Source of the DNA: Bacilli bacterium
GTDB taxonomy: Bacteria > Bacillota_I > Bacilli_A > RFN20 > CAG-826
Direction of reading: 5' to 3'
Assembly: GCA_017447305.1 (NCBI GenBank)
Contig: JAFSNY010000039.1
Location: 1 to 57,329, forward strand
DNA length: 57,329 bases
Part shown: positions 28,008 to 39,600 of the stretch, one piece after another
How the letters are laid out: each line of letters opens with the position of its first letter
Position numbering within the stretch: the stretch's first letter is position 1
Position numbers and translations under genes: made by a program
Notes under the pieces: model-generated
Told to the model about the DNA's origin: nothing
What the model saw: only the letters and a program-made list of their open reading frames with translations
The model's database searches: none

Positions 28008-28475
28008 ATGGAAAAGATTTTGATCTCTGCGTGCCTAGTCGGTGATAACGTCAAATATGACGGGACAAACAATAAATCCTCACTCATTGACGAATTATTG
28101 AAAGATTTTGAGCTCATCCCCTTCTGCCCCGAAGTTGAAGGTGGATTAAGCATTCCTCGCGATAAAAGCGAAAGACTAGGTGAACGCGTAGTGAGTGAAA
28201 AAGGAAGAGATGTCACTCGTCAATTCTCTTTTGGAGCTGAAATGGCATATAACATCTGCCTCTATCTCGGTATCAAAGTCGCCATCTTAAAAGAAACTTC
28301 ACCTTCGTGTGGAGTGCATGAAATATATGATGGAAGATTTACCCATCGTAAAATTAAAGGACGCGGATACACAACTGAATACCTTGAGCAAAAAGGAATA
28401 AAAGTTATCTCAGAAAACGAAATAGAAGATTTCTTAAAAGAGATTCGTCCAGAAGAAAAAGAAGAGTCGAAATAA
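28008..28475 (+). CDS. DUF523 / 2-thiouracil desulfurase family protein
   Basis: ISACLVG, CPEVEGGLSIPR and SPSCG motifs. Confidence 0.9.
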   Translation: MEKILISACLVGDNVKYDGTNNKSSLIDELLKDFELIPFCPEVEGGLSIPRDKSERLGERVVSEKGRDVTRQFSFGAEMAYNICLYLGIKVAILKETSPSCGVHEIYDGRFTHRKIKGRGYTTEYLEQKGIKVISENEIEDFLKEIRPEEKEESK

Positions 28476-28488
28476 ACTCTTCTTTTTT
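28458..28488. terminator. bidirectional terminator
   Basis: AAAGAAGAGT...ACTCTTCTTT between convergent genes. Confidence 0.55.
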
Positions 28489-28502
28489 CATTTAATCTTT
28501 GA

Positions 28503-29426
28503 TTAATACGCCCAAGTGAATGAATTTACATAGAGGGCATATTTCGATTCGTTAGCGATTTTATAATATGTATATGCGCCAGCTTCATAGACATAGGAGA
28601 TATGACCATCGTTAGTTTCGCCCACTTTTGGGGTTAAAACTTCATCAACACTATTGATAGATGTTCCAGCATAGACAGTAGGAACTCCGGTGAAATCATG
28701 ATCTTCGTTGTTATAATATTGGGTTTGTTTTAGGACATTGAACATTAATGTTCCTTGAACAGGGGTAAGGTTATAAATGTAAGAGACTTCTTTTTTCATT
28801 TGGATATGATTAGCGTAGTCTCCTCCACCTTTCATGACTGTATCGAGGTAGAAACGATCTCCACTTGTTGAAGTAACTTCACCAGGTGCAGGATATTGAC
28901 CATTATTTGGAGCAGGAACATCTTCAAATAATAAAACATGAGTGCCGCCTTCTACTGGCTCACTTTCTATAGAAAACTCTACAGGAACGCTATCTTCAGA
29001 AACAGGTTCTTCAAATGTTTCTTCACTGACAATACCTGTTTCGGAATCAATTTCTTTTTCACTAATAACATCGGATTCTTCTAAAACGCTTTCTTCTTCG
29101 CTTGGAAGGATGCTTTCTTCGAGGGACTCTTCGATAGATTCCGCTACTGGTTCTTCTTCAGATGGGATTGCATTCTCTTCTTCAGAAACAATAACCTCTT
29201 CGATAGACTCCTCAATAATTGTGGTTTCTTCTATAGATCCTTCAACTGGAATTGATTCTTCAATAGACTCCTCAGCAGGAATACTTTCTTCAAAAGAAGA
29301 TTCTTCGCTTGAAAATGGAATAGAAGATTCTTCTATAGAGATTTGACTAGAAGTATCATCTTTTTTATTGTTGCAAGCACCTAAAGAGATGATTAAAGGT
29401 AAGATGAGTAAAATAGTTTTTTTCAT
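28503..29426 (-). CDS. lipoprotein with acidic S/E/I-rich linker
   Basis: Lipobox LGAC, repeated SIEES/SEEE units, beta-rich C-terminal domain. Confidence 0.8.
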   Translation of the reverse strand: MKKTILLILPLIISLGACNNKKDDTSSQISIEESSIPFSSEESSFEESIPAEESIEESIPVEGSIEETTIIEESIEEVIVSEEENAIPSEEEPVAESIEESLEESILPSEEESVLEESDVISEKEIDSETGIVSEETFEEPVSEDSVPVEFSIESEPVEGGTHVLLFEDVPAPNNGQYPAPGEVTSTSGDRFYLDTVMKGGGDYANHIQMKKEVSYIYNLTPVQGTLMFNVLKQTQYYNNEDHDFTGVPTVYAGTSINSVDEVLTPKVGETNDGHISYVYEAGAYTYYKIANESKYALYVNSFTWAY

Positions 29427-29428
29427 AA

Positions 29429-29920
29429 TTAATAATTCGTTTCTTGACGATGATAATTTTCTCCGAGTTTTAAGAGGTAAGATGAGTAAATATCATCTTT
29501 ATCCATCATTAATTTCGAAGCGATTAAAAGGAAGGTTTCAAATGTTTTTTGATATGTATCCTCATTCTTTTTCTCATGAAGGAGGTCGATATCATGATAC
29601 ATTTCGATAAATAAATTTGATAAATCTTCGGTGGTTTCTTTTTGATTGAAACTAGTTGTTTTAATTCCAAGAGCGATTCCGATAGATAGAAGAAAATGAA
29701 GGCCATCCGCGTATTCATCCATCACCATATCTCTTGGTTCGCTTGGTTTATTGGACCAATACTTAAAACACCTTGTCGCGTTAGCGAGTTCGCCGATTTC
29801 GACATATAAAGAGAGGAAACGTCTTTCCAGGGTTTCCTCATATGTTACGTTATGTCTTCTTTGAATTTCTTCATCAAGTTCACGTTGTTTGGTGAACAAA
29901 GGTTGAAACTCTATTTTCAT
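29429..29920 (-). CDS. dimeric (all-alpha) dUTP diphosphatase
   Basis: EIGELANATRCFKYWS, EYADGLHF and NYHRQETNY motifs; ATG overlaps the glgP stop (TAATG). Confidence 0.9.
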   Translation of the reverse strand: MKIEFQPLFTKQRELDEEIQRRHNVTYEETLERRFLSLYVEIGELANATRCFKYWSNKPSEPRDMVMDEYADGLHFLLSIGIALGIKTTSFNQKETTEDLSNLFIEMYHDIDLLHEKKNEDTYQKTFETFLLIASKLMMDKDDIYSSYLLKLGENYHRQETNY

Positions 29921-32328
29921 TATCTTGTGACCTTTGGAAGTTTCCAAATTTCTGTCGCATATTGTTTAATGGTACGGTCAGAGGTGAAGAATCCGCTATT
30001 GGCGATATTCATTAAACACATCTTTTGCCATTTACGAGTGTCACGATAGAGTTGATCGACTTTTTCTTGGGCTTTGACATAAGAATCAAAGTCTAAGAGG
30101 ATGAAGTATTGATCATTCTTATTCATGATTTCATCAAAGATCATTCTGAAACGATCTTGACGATAAGCACACCATGGACCATTGAATAATGAATCAAGGA
30201 TATTCTTGATGCGATAATCATCGTTATAGACATCCCATGGGGAATAATCACCCATTGCATAATGTCTTTCCACTTCTTCCGTTAACATACCGAAGATAAT
30301 AGCGTTTTCTTTACCAGCGCGTTCAACGATTTCGATATTCGCACCATCCATCGTTCCTAAGGTGATAGCGCCGTTCATCATTAATTTCATATTGGATGTT
30401 CCACTAGCTTCTTTACCAGCGGTAGAGATTTGTTCGGATACATCAGCGGCTGGGATGATGAGTTCAGCAAGGGTAACGCCGTAATTTTCAATGAAGACGA
30501 CTTTAAGATATTTATTTGTTTCTTCATCGTTATTAACGACATCAGCGACCGCGAGGATGAGTTCGATAATCTTCTTCGCATACACATAACTAGGCGCAGC
30601 CTTCGCACCGAAGATATATGTATGCGGATAAATTCTGAAGGATGGATCAGATTTCATCTTTTGGTATAAGTAGATGATATGGAAGATATTTAAGAGTTGT
30701 CTCTTATAAGCATGAAGTCTCTTGATTTGCACATCAAAGATTGAATTAACATCGACTTCAATGCCGGTCTTTTGATAGATGTAATTAGCAAGTTTGGCTT
30801 TGTTTTCTTGCTTGATGTCATAAAGTTGATCAAGAACATCTTCATCATCTTTGAATTTTTCGAAGTCTTTAATCTTATCAAGATTAGTAATATATTCATC
30901 ACCAATCTTTTCTGAGATGAGATTAGCTAATCTTGGGTTAGCGTTAACAAGCCAACGACGATGTGTGACACCATTGGTTTTGTTATTAAATTTATCTGGC
31001 ATATAGGCATAGAATTCTTTAAAGGTGATGTTCTTTAAGATTTCTGTATGAAGTGCAGCGACACCATTGACGGAGAAGGAAGCATAAATCGCTAAATTTG
31101 TCATATGGATTTGACCATCTTTGATGATGTTCATCGCCCATCTCATTTGTTCGTTGACATTATTTTTGGTCATTTCAATATTGAAACGACGATTGATTTC
31201 TTCGATGATCATATAGCAACGAGGAATGAGATTTTGGACGTATTGAACTGGCCATTTTTCTAAGGCTTCGACCATGACGGTGTGGTTGGTGTAGGCCATA
31301 GCATGAGTTACTTCGTTCCATGCTTCATCCCAACCATAATCATATTCATCCATCATAATTCTCATCATTTCAGGAATGGCGAGAATTGGGTGGGTATCGT
31401 TAAGTTGGAAGACATATTGATTGGAAATACCAATTAATGTTCCGTGGTGGCGATAATATGATTTAAATGTTGATTGAAGACCAGCGGAAACGAGGAAATA
31501 TTGTTGACGTAATCTTAAGATACGTCCACTTTCGGTTGAATCATCTGGATATAGACCATGACATAGTTCTTTTAACGCACTTAAATATTCATTAAAGGAC
31601 ATGCTCTTTGGAAGGTTTTGGGAAGATGGTTCAGCATTCCAAAGACGTAAGGTATTAGTGACGTGGTTACGATATCCAACGACTGGGACATCATATGGAA
31701 CTGCGCGGATACTAACAGCGTTTGTTGTTTTAATTCCGTAGGAACCATCACTCTTAAGGTAGGTTTCTGGAGTGCCATAGAACTGAACTTCAACCGCGTA
31801 TTTTGGTTTTCTAACTTCCCAAACATTACCATTAGTCAACCATTGATCTGGAAGTTCTTTTTGTTTTCCATCGACGATTTTTTGACGGAAGAAACCGTAT
31901 TCGTAACGAATACAGTTACCGTGTCCGACATAACCTAATGAGGCGATGGAATCAAGGAAACAAGCGGCGAGACGTCCAAGACCACCATTACCAAGGCCAG
32001 CGTCGGATTCTTGTTCTTCAAGTTCGTGGATATTAATATCAAAGTCTTCAAGGCCTTCTTTAGCGACTTGATAAATACCCATATTTTGCATGTTGTTAAT
32101 AAGGAGTCTTCCGATAAGGAATTCCATGGAGAAATAGATTAATGTCTTGCGGTTTTCTCCAATCGCGACATCGTGGGTTTCTCCCCAGTCAACGTTTGCG
32201 TAATCTCTCACCATTTCACCTAAGATTTCATATCTTTCGGTGATGTGGGAATTTTCAACGCTGACACCATAACGTTCAAGCATTCTTCTGGCGTATTCCG
32301 CCTTAAAATTTTCTTTATTGTTAAACAT
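29920..32328 (-). CDS. glgP: glycogen/starch phosphorylase
   Basis: LGNGGLGRLAACF, QLNDTHP, KRLHAYKRQ and EASGTSNMK (PLP lysine) motifs. Confidence 0.97.
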   Translation of the reverse strand: MFNNKENFKAEYARRMLERYGVSVENSHITERYEILGEMVRDYANVDWGETHDVAIGENRKTLIYFSMEFLIGRLLINNMQNMGIYQVAKEGLEDFDINIHELEEQESDAGLGNGGLGRLAACFLDSIASLGYVGHGNCIRYEYGFFRQKIVDGKQKELPDQWLTNGNVWEVRKPKYAVEVQFYGTPETYLKSDGSYGIKTTNAVSIRAVPYDVPVVGYRNHVTNTLRLWNAEPSSQNLPKSMSFNEYLSALKELCHGLYPDDSTESGRILRLRQQYFLVSAGLQSTFKSYYRHHGTLIGISNQYVFQLNDTHPILAIPEMMRIMMDEYDYGWDEAWNEVTHAMAYTNHTVMVEALEKWPVQYVQNLIPRCYMIIEEINRRFNIEMTKNNVNEQMRWAMNIIKDGQIHMTNLAIYASFSVNGVAALHTEILKNITFKEFYAYMPDKFNNKTNGVTHRRWLVNANPRLANLISEKIGDEYITNLDKIKDFEKFKDDEDVLDQLYDIKQENKAKLANYIYQKTGIEVDVNSIFDVQIKRLHAYKRQLLNIFHIIYLYQKMKSDPSFRIYPHTYIFGAKAAPSYVYAKKIIELILAVADVVNNDEETNKYLKVVFIENYGVTLAELIIPAADVSEQISTAGKEASGTSNMKLMMNGAITLGTMDGANIEIVERAGKENAIIFGMLTEEVERHYAMGDYSPWDVYNDDYRIKNILDSLFNGPWCAYRQDRFRMIFDEIMNKNDQYFILLDFDSYVKAQEKVDQLYRDTRKWQKMCLMNIANSGFFTSDRTIKQYATEIWKLPKVTR

Positions 32329-32345
32329 ATGTGGTTAATCCTTTA

Positions 32346-34238
32346 TTACTTTTTCGTTGTTCTCTTCTTTTTTGGAGCTTCTTCTTCAAGTTTCTTTTCT
32401 GGCTCCGGACGATGTAAACGGAAGATACAGGCTCCATAGGAGGCTAGTTTAATTGTGATGTGGTATGGTTTATATTCCGCACCACCTTCGAAGGCTTCAC
32501 ACCACATTCCGTTATATTGGTTATTACCACCATAAACATCCTTATCGGTGTTTAAGATTTCTTCATACATTCCTCTTTCCATCACTGGAATTTCGACAAA
32601 TTCATAATAGTTAGGAGTCATGTTGAAGACGAAGACTAATAAGTCATCACCATAGCTTCTTTGGAAAGCATAGATTGATTGATCAGCGTTATCCGCTTGT
32701 AACCATCTAAATCTTTCTGGGTTATGTTCTTCCATGTGCATAGCAGGAGAAGCAGCGTAAATTCTATTTAAGTCGCGAATTAAGCGAGAGACACTATCGT
32801 GTTTTGGGAAAGATTTAAGTTCCCATGGAAGGGACTTAGCTTCATTCCATTCATCGAAGGAAGCAAGTTCATTACCCATGAAGTTAAGTTTCTTTCCTGG
32901 GTGTCCCCATTGATAGCAATATAAGTTACGGATAAGAGCAAACTTAGTGTCATAATCACCATACATCTTGTTGATGATGGTTCCTTTTCCGTGAACAACT
33001 TCATCGTGGGATAATGGTAACATAAAGTTATCACTATAGAAGTACGCCATCGAGAAGGTTAATTTATTGTGGTCATATTTTTTATAAATAGGATCGAGAG
33101 CATAATATTTTAAGGTATCGTTCATCCAACCTAAATCCCATTTGTAATCAAAGCCAAGTCCACCATATTCGATTGGTCTAGTTGTGCCAGAGAAATCGGT
33201 GGAGTCTTCAGCGATCATCATGACTTCTGGATGTTTGTAATGAATCTTGCCATTTAAACGTTTGACGAATTCAACCGCACCATCATTTTGGCCTTTGGAT
33301 TTATCGCCGTTATAGTAAAGGATGTTGCTAACTGCATCGACTCTAATTCCATCGAAATGGAAATAGGTGAGGAAATAATCCATCGCGGACATTAAGAATG
33401 ATCTTACTGGATCTTTTCCTAAATCAAATTGATATGAACCCCATGGAGATACCCTCCATTCGTTGTTATATTCATATAATTTGGTTCCATCAAATTCAGC
33501 AAGGGCGAATTTATCTTTAGCAAAATGGACTGGAGCAAAGTCTAAAATAACACCGATACCAGCTTGATGGAGACGGTCAACGAAGGACATGAGCTGGAAT
33601 GGATTTCCATATCTTGAATCAACGGAATAGAATCCGGTTGCTTGATATCCCCAAGATCCATCAAATGGATATTGAGTGATTGGCATGATTTCAACGTGAG
33701 TAAATCCGAGTTCTTTGACATATGGAATGAGATAATCCGCTACTTCTTCGTAGGAGAGGTTTCTTCCATCGACTTGGCCTTTCCATGAACCAACATGCAT
33801 CTCATAGATGGACATTGGGCGGTCGAAGTTTCTCTTTCTATTTCTTAAAAATTCTTCATCATGCCACATGAATCCTTCGATATTGAATAATCTTGAACAT
33901 GTTGCTGGACGATGCTCACTATAGAAAGCAAATGGGTCAGCTTTATCGACATATTTTCCTTTTGCGTTCTTGAAGTGATATTTGTAGTTTTGATAATTCC
34001 AGAGATTTGGGATGAAGATTTCCCAAACACCAGCATCATCAACTTTGTGTAATTTGTGTCTTGTGAGATCCCAATCATTGAAGTCACCAATAACTGAGAC
34101 ATCGTCCGCCATTGGGGCATAAAGCCTAAAGACGACCCCATCAACGCCTTCCGCGTTTTTGATGAAGTGCGCACCAAAATAATTATAGGCCTCAATCGTC
34201 TGGCCCATTAAGTAATCATATAACAATCCAAATGCCAT
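32346..34238 (-). CDS. glgB: 1,4-alpha-glucan branching enzyme
   Basis: SWGYQ, GIRVDAV, IAEDST and PLSHDEVVHGK motifs. Confidence 0.97.
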   Translation of the reverse strand: MAFGLLYDYLMGQTIEAYNYFGAHFIKNAEGVDGVVFRLYAPMADDVSVIGDFNDWDLTRHKLHKVDDAGVWEIFIPNLWNYQNYKYHFKNAKGKYVDKADPFAFYSEHRPATCSRLFNIEGFMWHDEEFLRNRKRNFDRPMSIYEMHVGSWKGQVDGRNLSYEEVADYLIPYVKELGFTHVEIMPITQYPFDGSWGYQATGFYSVDSRYGNPFQLMSFVDRLHQAGIGVILDFAPVHFAKDKFALAEFDGTKLYEYNNEWRVSPWGSYQFDLGKDPVRSFLMSAMDYFLTYFHFDGIRVDAVSNILYYNGDKSKGQNDGAVEFVKRLNGKIHYKHPEVMMIAEDSTDFSGTTRPIEYGGLGFDYKWDLGWMNDTLKYYALDPIYKKYDHNKLTFSMAYFYSDNFMLPLSHDEVVHGKGTIINKMYGDYDTKFALIRNLYCYQWGHPGKKLNFMGNELASFDEWNEAKSLPWELKSFPKHDSVSRLIRDLNRIYAASPAMHMEEHNPERFRWLQADNADQSIYAFQRSYGDDLLVFVFNMTPNYYEFVEIPVMERGMYEEILNTDKDVYGGNNQYNGMWCEAFEGGAEYKPYHITIKLASYGACIFRLHRPEPEKKLEEEAPKKKRTTKK

Positions 34239-34402
34239 ATTAATTATGCTCCTTATTCTATATTATATTTTACACGCGTGTTTGAAATAATAAAAGTAGA
34301 ATAATGCACCAGCGCGTATGCGTATGAAATTTTTCTTTCTTAAACAATTTAATTTCAATGCGTATTGTGGAATAATTTATATGAAAGTGAGGTCACTTAC
34401 AT

Positions 34403-35599
34403 ATGAGCAAAGTAATGACAATTAACTCTGGTAGTTCCAGTTTAAAATTTAAATTATATGAAATGCCTGAAGAGGTTGTTTTATGTTCTGGTAATGCAGA
34501 ACGAATCGGATTAGATGAAGGTATCTTTACCATTAAATATGGTGCGGAAAAACTTGTCAAAAATCTTCCAATCCCATCTCACGCGGTGGCGGCTAAACTC
34601 GTTTTAGATTCATTAATTGAATTAAAGATTATTAAGAGTTTTGATGAAATCAAGGCAACAGGACATAGAATCGTTCAAGGTGGAAAATATTTCTCTCATT
34701 CCATGCCATTTGACGCTGATACAGAGGCAAAGATTGAATCATTGATTCCTCTTGCCCCACTTCATAACGCTGCACATTTAACATGTTTTAGAGCGTTCCG
34801 TGATGTTTTGCCAAACACTCCAGCAGTCGCGGTCTTTGATACCGCTTTCCATCAAAGTATGGATGAAGAAGACTATACCTTCCCAATTCCATATGAATTA
34901 ACTAAGAATTTTGATATCCGTCGTTACGGCGCCCATGGTACCTCCCATAACTATTTAGCTATCGAAGGCGCTAAATATATCCCTGAAGTTAAACATTCAA
35001 GAATTATTTCTTGCCATATCGGTTCCGGCTCTTCCATCACCGCGATTAGAGATGGAAAATGCGTTGCCACATCAATGGGTCTTACACCTTTAGGTGGAAT
35101 CATGATGGGAACAAGAACTGGCGATATGGACCCAAGTGTCTTCAACTATGTTGTAACAGTGACAGGAAGAAGCGCGGAAGATGTCTATCAAATGTTTAAT
35201 AAGAAATCCGGATTCTTAGGTGTCGGTGGATATTCTGATTCAAGAGATATTCTCGCCCATGCGGAAGAAGGAGATAAGAGATGCATCTTAGCCAATAAGA
35301 TTTTCAATAGAAGAATTGCTGACTTTATCGGTCAATACTATGTCCGTTTAGGTGGCTGCGATTTAATCATCTTCTCCGCTGGTATCGGTGAAAATGAACC
35401 AAGAACTAGAAAGGCTGTTTGTGAACTTCTCCATGACGCTTTAGGTGTTGAAGTTGATGAAGAAGTCAATGCGACATTAAGAGGCAAAGCAGGTGTCATT
35501 TCTAAACCAACTAGTAGGATAAAGGTTGTCGTCATTCCAACCGATGAAGAAGTGATGATCGCAAGAGATGCTTATCACATGGGACTTAAAGGTGAATAA
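34403..35599 (+). CDS. ackA: acetate kinase
   Basis: INSGSSSLK, GHRIVQGG, APLHN, FDTAFH, AGIGEN and PTDEE motifs. Confidence 0.97.
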   Translation: MSKVMTINSGSSSLKFKLYEMPEEVVLCSGNAERIGLDEGIFTIKYGAEKLVKNLPIPSHAVAAKLVLDSLIELKIIKSFDEIKATGHRIVQGGKYFSHSMPFDADTEAKIESLIPLAPLHNAAHLTCFRAFRDVLPNTPAVAVFDTAFHQSMDEEDYTFPIPYELTKNFDIRRYGAHGTSHNYLAIEGAKYIPEVKHSRIISCHIGSGSSITAIRDGKCVATSMGLTPLGGIMMGTRTGDMDPSVFNYVVTVTGRSAEDVYQMFNKKSGFLGVGGYSDSRDILAHAEEGDKRCILANKIFNRRIADFIGQYYVRLGGCDLIIFSAGIGENEPRTRKAVCELLHDALGVEVDEEVNATLRGKAGVISKPTSRIKVVVIPTDEEVMIARDAYHMGLKGE

Positions 35600-35600
35600 A

Positions 35601-36596
35601 ATGAAGATTAACCCGATTGTCTTAGAACAAAATAAACTGTATAAACCTTACTTTAATCGAATTTTAAATGCGATCAAAAGATATGACCGCATTGTTGTTT
35701 TCCGTCATATTATGCCGGACTTTGACGCGCTTGGAACCCAGATGGGTTTAGCGACTTGGCTTAAGGATAATTTTCCAGATAAAGAGGTTAAAGTTGTCGG
35801 TGACAATCACGTGACCTTTACCCCGCGTGTTTATCCAGTGATGGACTCTTTAAATGACAAGTGGTTCGCCAAACCATTTTTAGGGATCGTTGTCGATGTC
35901 GGAAATGTCAATCGTATCGCTGATCCAAGAATTAAAAAAGCTAAATATAAGATTAAAATTGATCACCATCCAGAAACCGAAGTTTTCGCAAAAGTATCCT
36001 TAACTGATACGAGCAAAGCCGCAGCGGCAGAAATTGTTGCAAATATGCTCATTTGCTGGAAGAAACTTGGTTACGTTTTAAGTGAAGACGCAGCAGCGTA
36101 TCTATATTCTGGCATCGTTGGTGATTCAGGAAGATTCCAGTATTCTTCCACTTCTTCTCATACTTTCGCGGTTTGTGAAGAACTTTTACAATCAGGATTC
36201 AACATTTCTCACGTCTATCAAAAGATGTATGAAAAGAAGATTGATGACCTTAAGGTCACTGCTTATATCCTTAACCACTTCTTCGTTAGTAAAAACGGAG
36301 TGGCGTATTACGTTTTAGATAAAGATATCCAACAAGAACTCAAGATTACCACTGAAAGAGGAAAAGAGAATGTCAACCTCTTCTCCAATATTGAAGGTAT
36401 TAATGCTTGGGCTTCTATTACTGAAGATACGAAAGAACCTTGTTGGAGAGTATCGTTACGCAGTAAAGAAAAGGCTATCAATGGTGTCGCAACGATGTTT
36501 GAAGGCGGAGGACACGCGCAAGCATCTGGCTGCAAGCTAAACACTCTTGATGACTTGCCAAGACTTATCGAAGAACTAGATAAACTCTTCGAATAA
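35601..36596 (+). CDS. nrnA: DHH family oligoribonuclease/PAP phosphatase NrnA
   Basis: RHIMPDFDA, IDHHP, GIVGDSGRF and GGGHAQASG motifs; upstream of dnaE. Confidence 0.9.
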   Translation: MKINPIVLEQNKLYKPYFNRILNAIKRYDRIVVFRHIMPDFDALGTQMGLATWLKDNFPDKEVKVVGDNHVTFTPRVYPVMDSLNDKWFAKPFLGIVVDVGNVNRIADPRIKKAKYKIKIDHHPETEVFAKVSLTDTSKAAAAEIVANMLICWKKLGYVLSEDAAAYLYSGIVGDSGRFQYSSTSSHTFAVCEELLQSGFNISHVYQKMYEKKIDDLKVTAYILNHFFVSKNGVAYYVLDKDIQQELKITTERGKENVNLFSNIEGINAWASITEDTKEPCWRVSLRSKEKAINGVATMFEGGGHAQASGCKLNTLDDLPRLIEELDKLFE

Positions 36597-36681
36597 GAAA
36601 GAATATAATTTAGAAAAACATGGACTAGAAAGTTCATGTTTTTTGATGAATTATTATAGATAATTCTATATACTTATTTAT

Positions 36682-39600
36682 ATGAGATTTGCTCCACTTC
36701 ATATTTATAGTGCTTATTCCTTTTTGAAAAGTGGTTTGACCACTGAAAGAATTATTTCTTCCGTGATGAAGAATAAGTATTTTGGTGCAGCTATCACTGA
36801 CCTTGGAGTGATGTATGGAATTCCCGAGTTTATTAAGTCGATGGAAAAGATTAAACATCCATTTGTTGTTGGAATGGAAATCGAGCTTGAAGGTAACCAT
36901 TATGGCCTCTATGCACTAAATGAAGAAGGGTATATCAACCTCTGTAAAATATCATCTTCAATCCAAAATAAATCGTTTGATAAAAATACCCTACTTGAAC
37001 ATAAAAATGGAATTCTTTCTATCGTCGATACATCCCTAGGTGAGATTAAAAATAAGTTTGAAGATGTTCTTCTCGATGAAACCGATTTAGCGCGTTATGT
37101 CAACGAATTATCCAAGATGTTTGAGAAGTTTTATCTAGGTGTTGAACTTAAAGAGAGAAATGAGCTTGAATATGTCAGAACGATTAGAAAGTTCGCGAAA
37201 GAGCATACATATGAAAAGGTCGCCTTCCCTCATATCAAATATCAAAACAAGGATGATGCGATTGTTTTAACGATTGTTGAAGCAATCGCTAATGATGAGA
37301 AAATCACCAAAAAGAGCGAAACGGGAAATGAGTGTTTTTTAACGTTAGAAGATTATCAAAGAATCTATGCAGCGGATGAGATGGAGAACACTTGTAAGAT
37401 TATTGAAATGTCGACATTTAACTTCCATAAAAAAAGAGGAGAAATGCTGCATTTTACCAAATCTAAGTCCGATACATATCTAAAAACACTTTGTTTCGAT
37501 GCTTTAAAAGAAAAAGGATTAGCTGATAATCCGCTCTATATTGAACGACTTAATTACGAGTTAGATGTCATTCATTCAATGGGTTACGATGACTACTTTT
37601 TACTCGTTCAAGATTATGTCAATTGGGCGAGAAGTCAAAATATTCTCGTTGGACTTAGAGGTTCTGCTGCGGGATCTTTAGTCACTCATCTTTTAGGTAT
37701 TGCTCCTCTTGATCCAATTGAAAATAATCTCAACTTTGAACGTTTCCTTAATCCTGCGAGAAAGACGATGCCAGATATCGATATTGACTTTATGGATTCA
37801 AGAAGAAATGAAGTTATTGAATATTGCCGTGAAAAATATGGACGCGATAAAGTCGCAAACATTATCACCTATCAAAGTATCTTAGCTAAACAGTCATTAC
37901 GCGATATAGGACGTATTTATGATTATCCTACTAGACATATCGATTTGCTTTCGAAAACACTTTCGGATCCAAAGCTTAGTCTCCGTGAATCTTATCGGAA
38001 GATTCCAGCTTTTAAAGAGCTAGTCGATTCTGATAAATACTTCTTAGAAATCGTTTCTTTTTCTAGTAAAATCGAAGGACTTATTAGACAGTCTGGACTT
38101 CACGCGGCAGGTATCATTTTAAACAGCAATCCAATCAGCGATATCTTGCCAGTTACCTATGATTTAAGTGATAACATCATTTCTCAATATGAGATGGGTT
38201 ATTTAGAAGAACAAGGCATTTTAAAGATGGACTTTTTAGGTCTTACACATTTAAGTGTTGTCGCTTCTTGTGTTGAACTTATTAACGAAAGACATCCTGA
38301 TGCAAAATTAGACTTATTCCATCTGCCTTATGACGATGAAAAAACTTATGAAATAATCCGTTCGCTTCAAACAATGGGTATTTTCCAACTTGAATCATCA
38401 GGAATGAAAAATGCGATTAAGATTATTAAGCCCACTACTTTTAATGATGTCGCCGCTTTACTTGCTTTATTTAGACCTGGACCAATGAGAGAGATTAAAT
38501 CTTATTCCAAACGTAAAGCAGGATTAGAACCAATTCCTAAGATGAGCAAAGACCAAGAAAAGATTTTAGGTCAAACTTATGGAATTATCGTCTATCAGGA
38601 ACAAATCAGCGAACTCGCTGTTGCAATGGCAGGTATGAAGATGAGTGACGCTGATAACTTTAGATGGGCAGTTTCAAAAAAGAAAATCGAACTTCTTTCT
38701 AGTATGAAGGAAGCCTTCATCAATGGCTCCATTAATAATGGTTATTCTAAGGAAGAAGCAACTGATTATTATGATAGAATCGAAAAATTTGCTTTCTATG
38801 GTTTTAATAAATCACACGCTTATGGCTATGCGCTTCTCTCTTGTCAGATGGCGTATCTTAAAGCTTATTATCCTCTCGAATTTTATTCGATTATTTTAAA
38901 GAGTTCTAGTTCCACAAATGACACGAAATTTAACGAGTATATTTCAGAGATGAAGAAACGCAACATCATGATTGTTTCGCCAAATATCAATCGTTCATCA
39001 TTCGATTTTGAGATTTGTGATGAGGGTATTTTATTCCCGCTTAACGCTATTAGAGGAATTAACATCCTAACCAGTGAAAAGATTGTGGAAGAAAGAAAAA
39101 ATGGCGACTTTAGTGATTTCTTCGATTTCGTTGGAAGGATGTTTATACATAAGATTAACGAATCACAAATTAGTAGACTTATTGACGCAGGTGCGTTTGA
39201 CGAACTTCATCCTTCAAGAACATCATTAAGAAATTCTATTCAAATTGCTTTGCAATACGCTGAACTCGCTTATGATGAAAATGGTCAATTATCCTTATCT
39301 CTTGGTTTAGAAAAACCAGCGTTAGTCGAGAGCAAGGATGACCCAATTGATAATCTTGATAAAGAATATGAAGCAATTGGAATTATGCTTTCTGATAATC
39401 CACTTCGTTATAAGAAAGAGATTATTGAAAGAGAAAATATATACACTATTGAACAAGCTCTTCTTTTAGAAGAAGAAAACTATCGTAAAACATTTAAAGT
39501 CGCTGGCATTGTGAGAAATAAGAAAGTTATCAATACCAAAGCGGGATCTCCGATGGCGTTTGTTAAAATCTTTGATGAAACCTCAGAGATGGAAGTTATC

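Noticed and set aside
23043-29346. long antisense ORFs over pheT (23043-23396, 24660-25403) and the acidic lipoprotein (28942-29346)
   Set aside because: Shadows caused by codon bias and low complexity of the real genes.
34272-34281. palindrome ACACGCGTGT between divergent glgB and ackA
   Set aside because: Single 10-mer that does not match a cre or LacI consensus well; could be chance.
37640-37680. DnaE motif VGLRGSAAGS instead of the usual VGPGRGSAAGS
   Set aside because: In-frame one-residue variant with the catalytic PDIDID intact; no basis for a functional claim.
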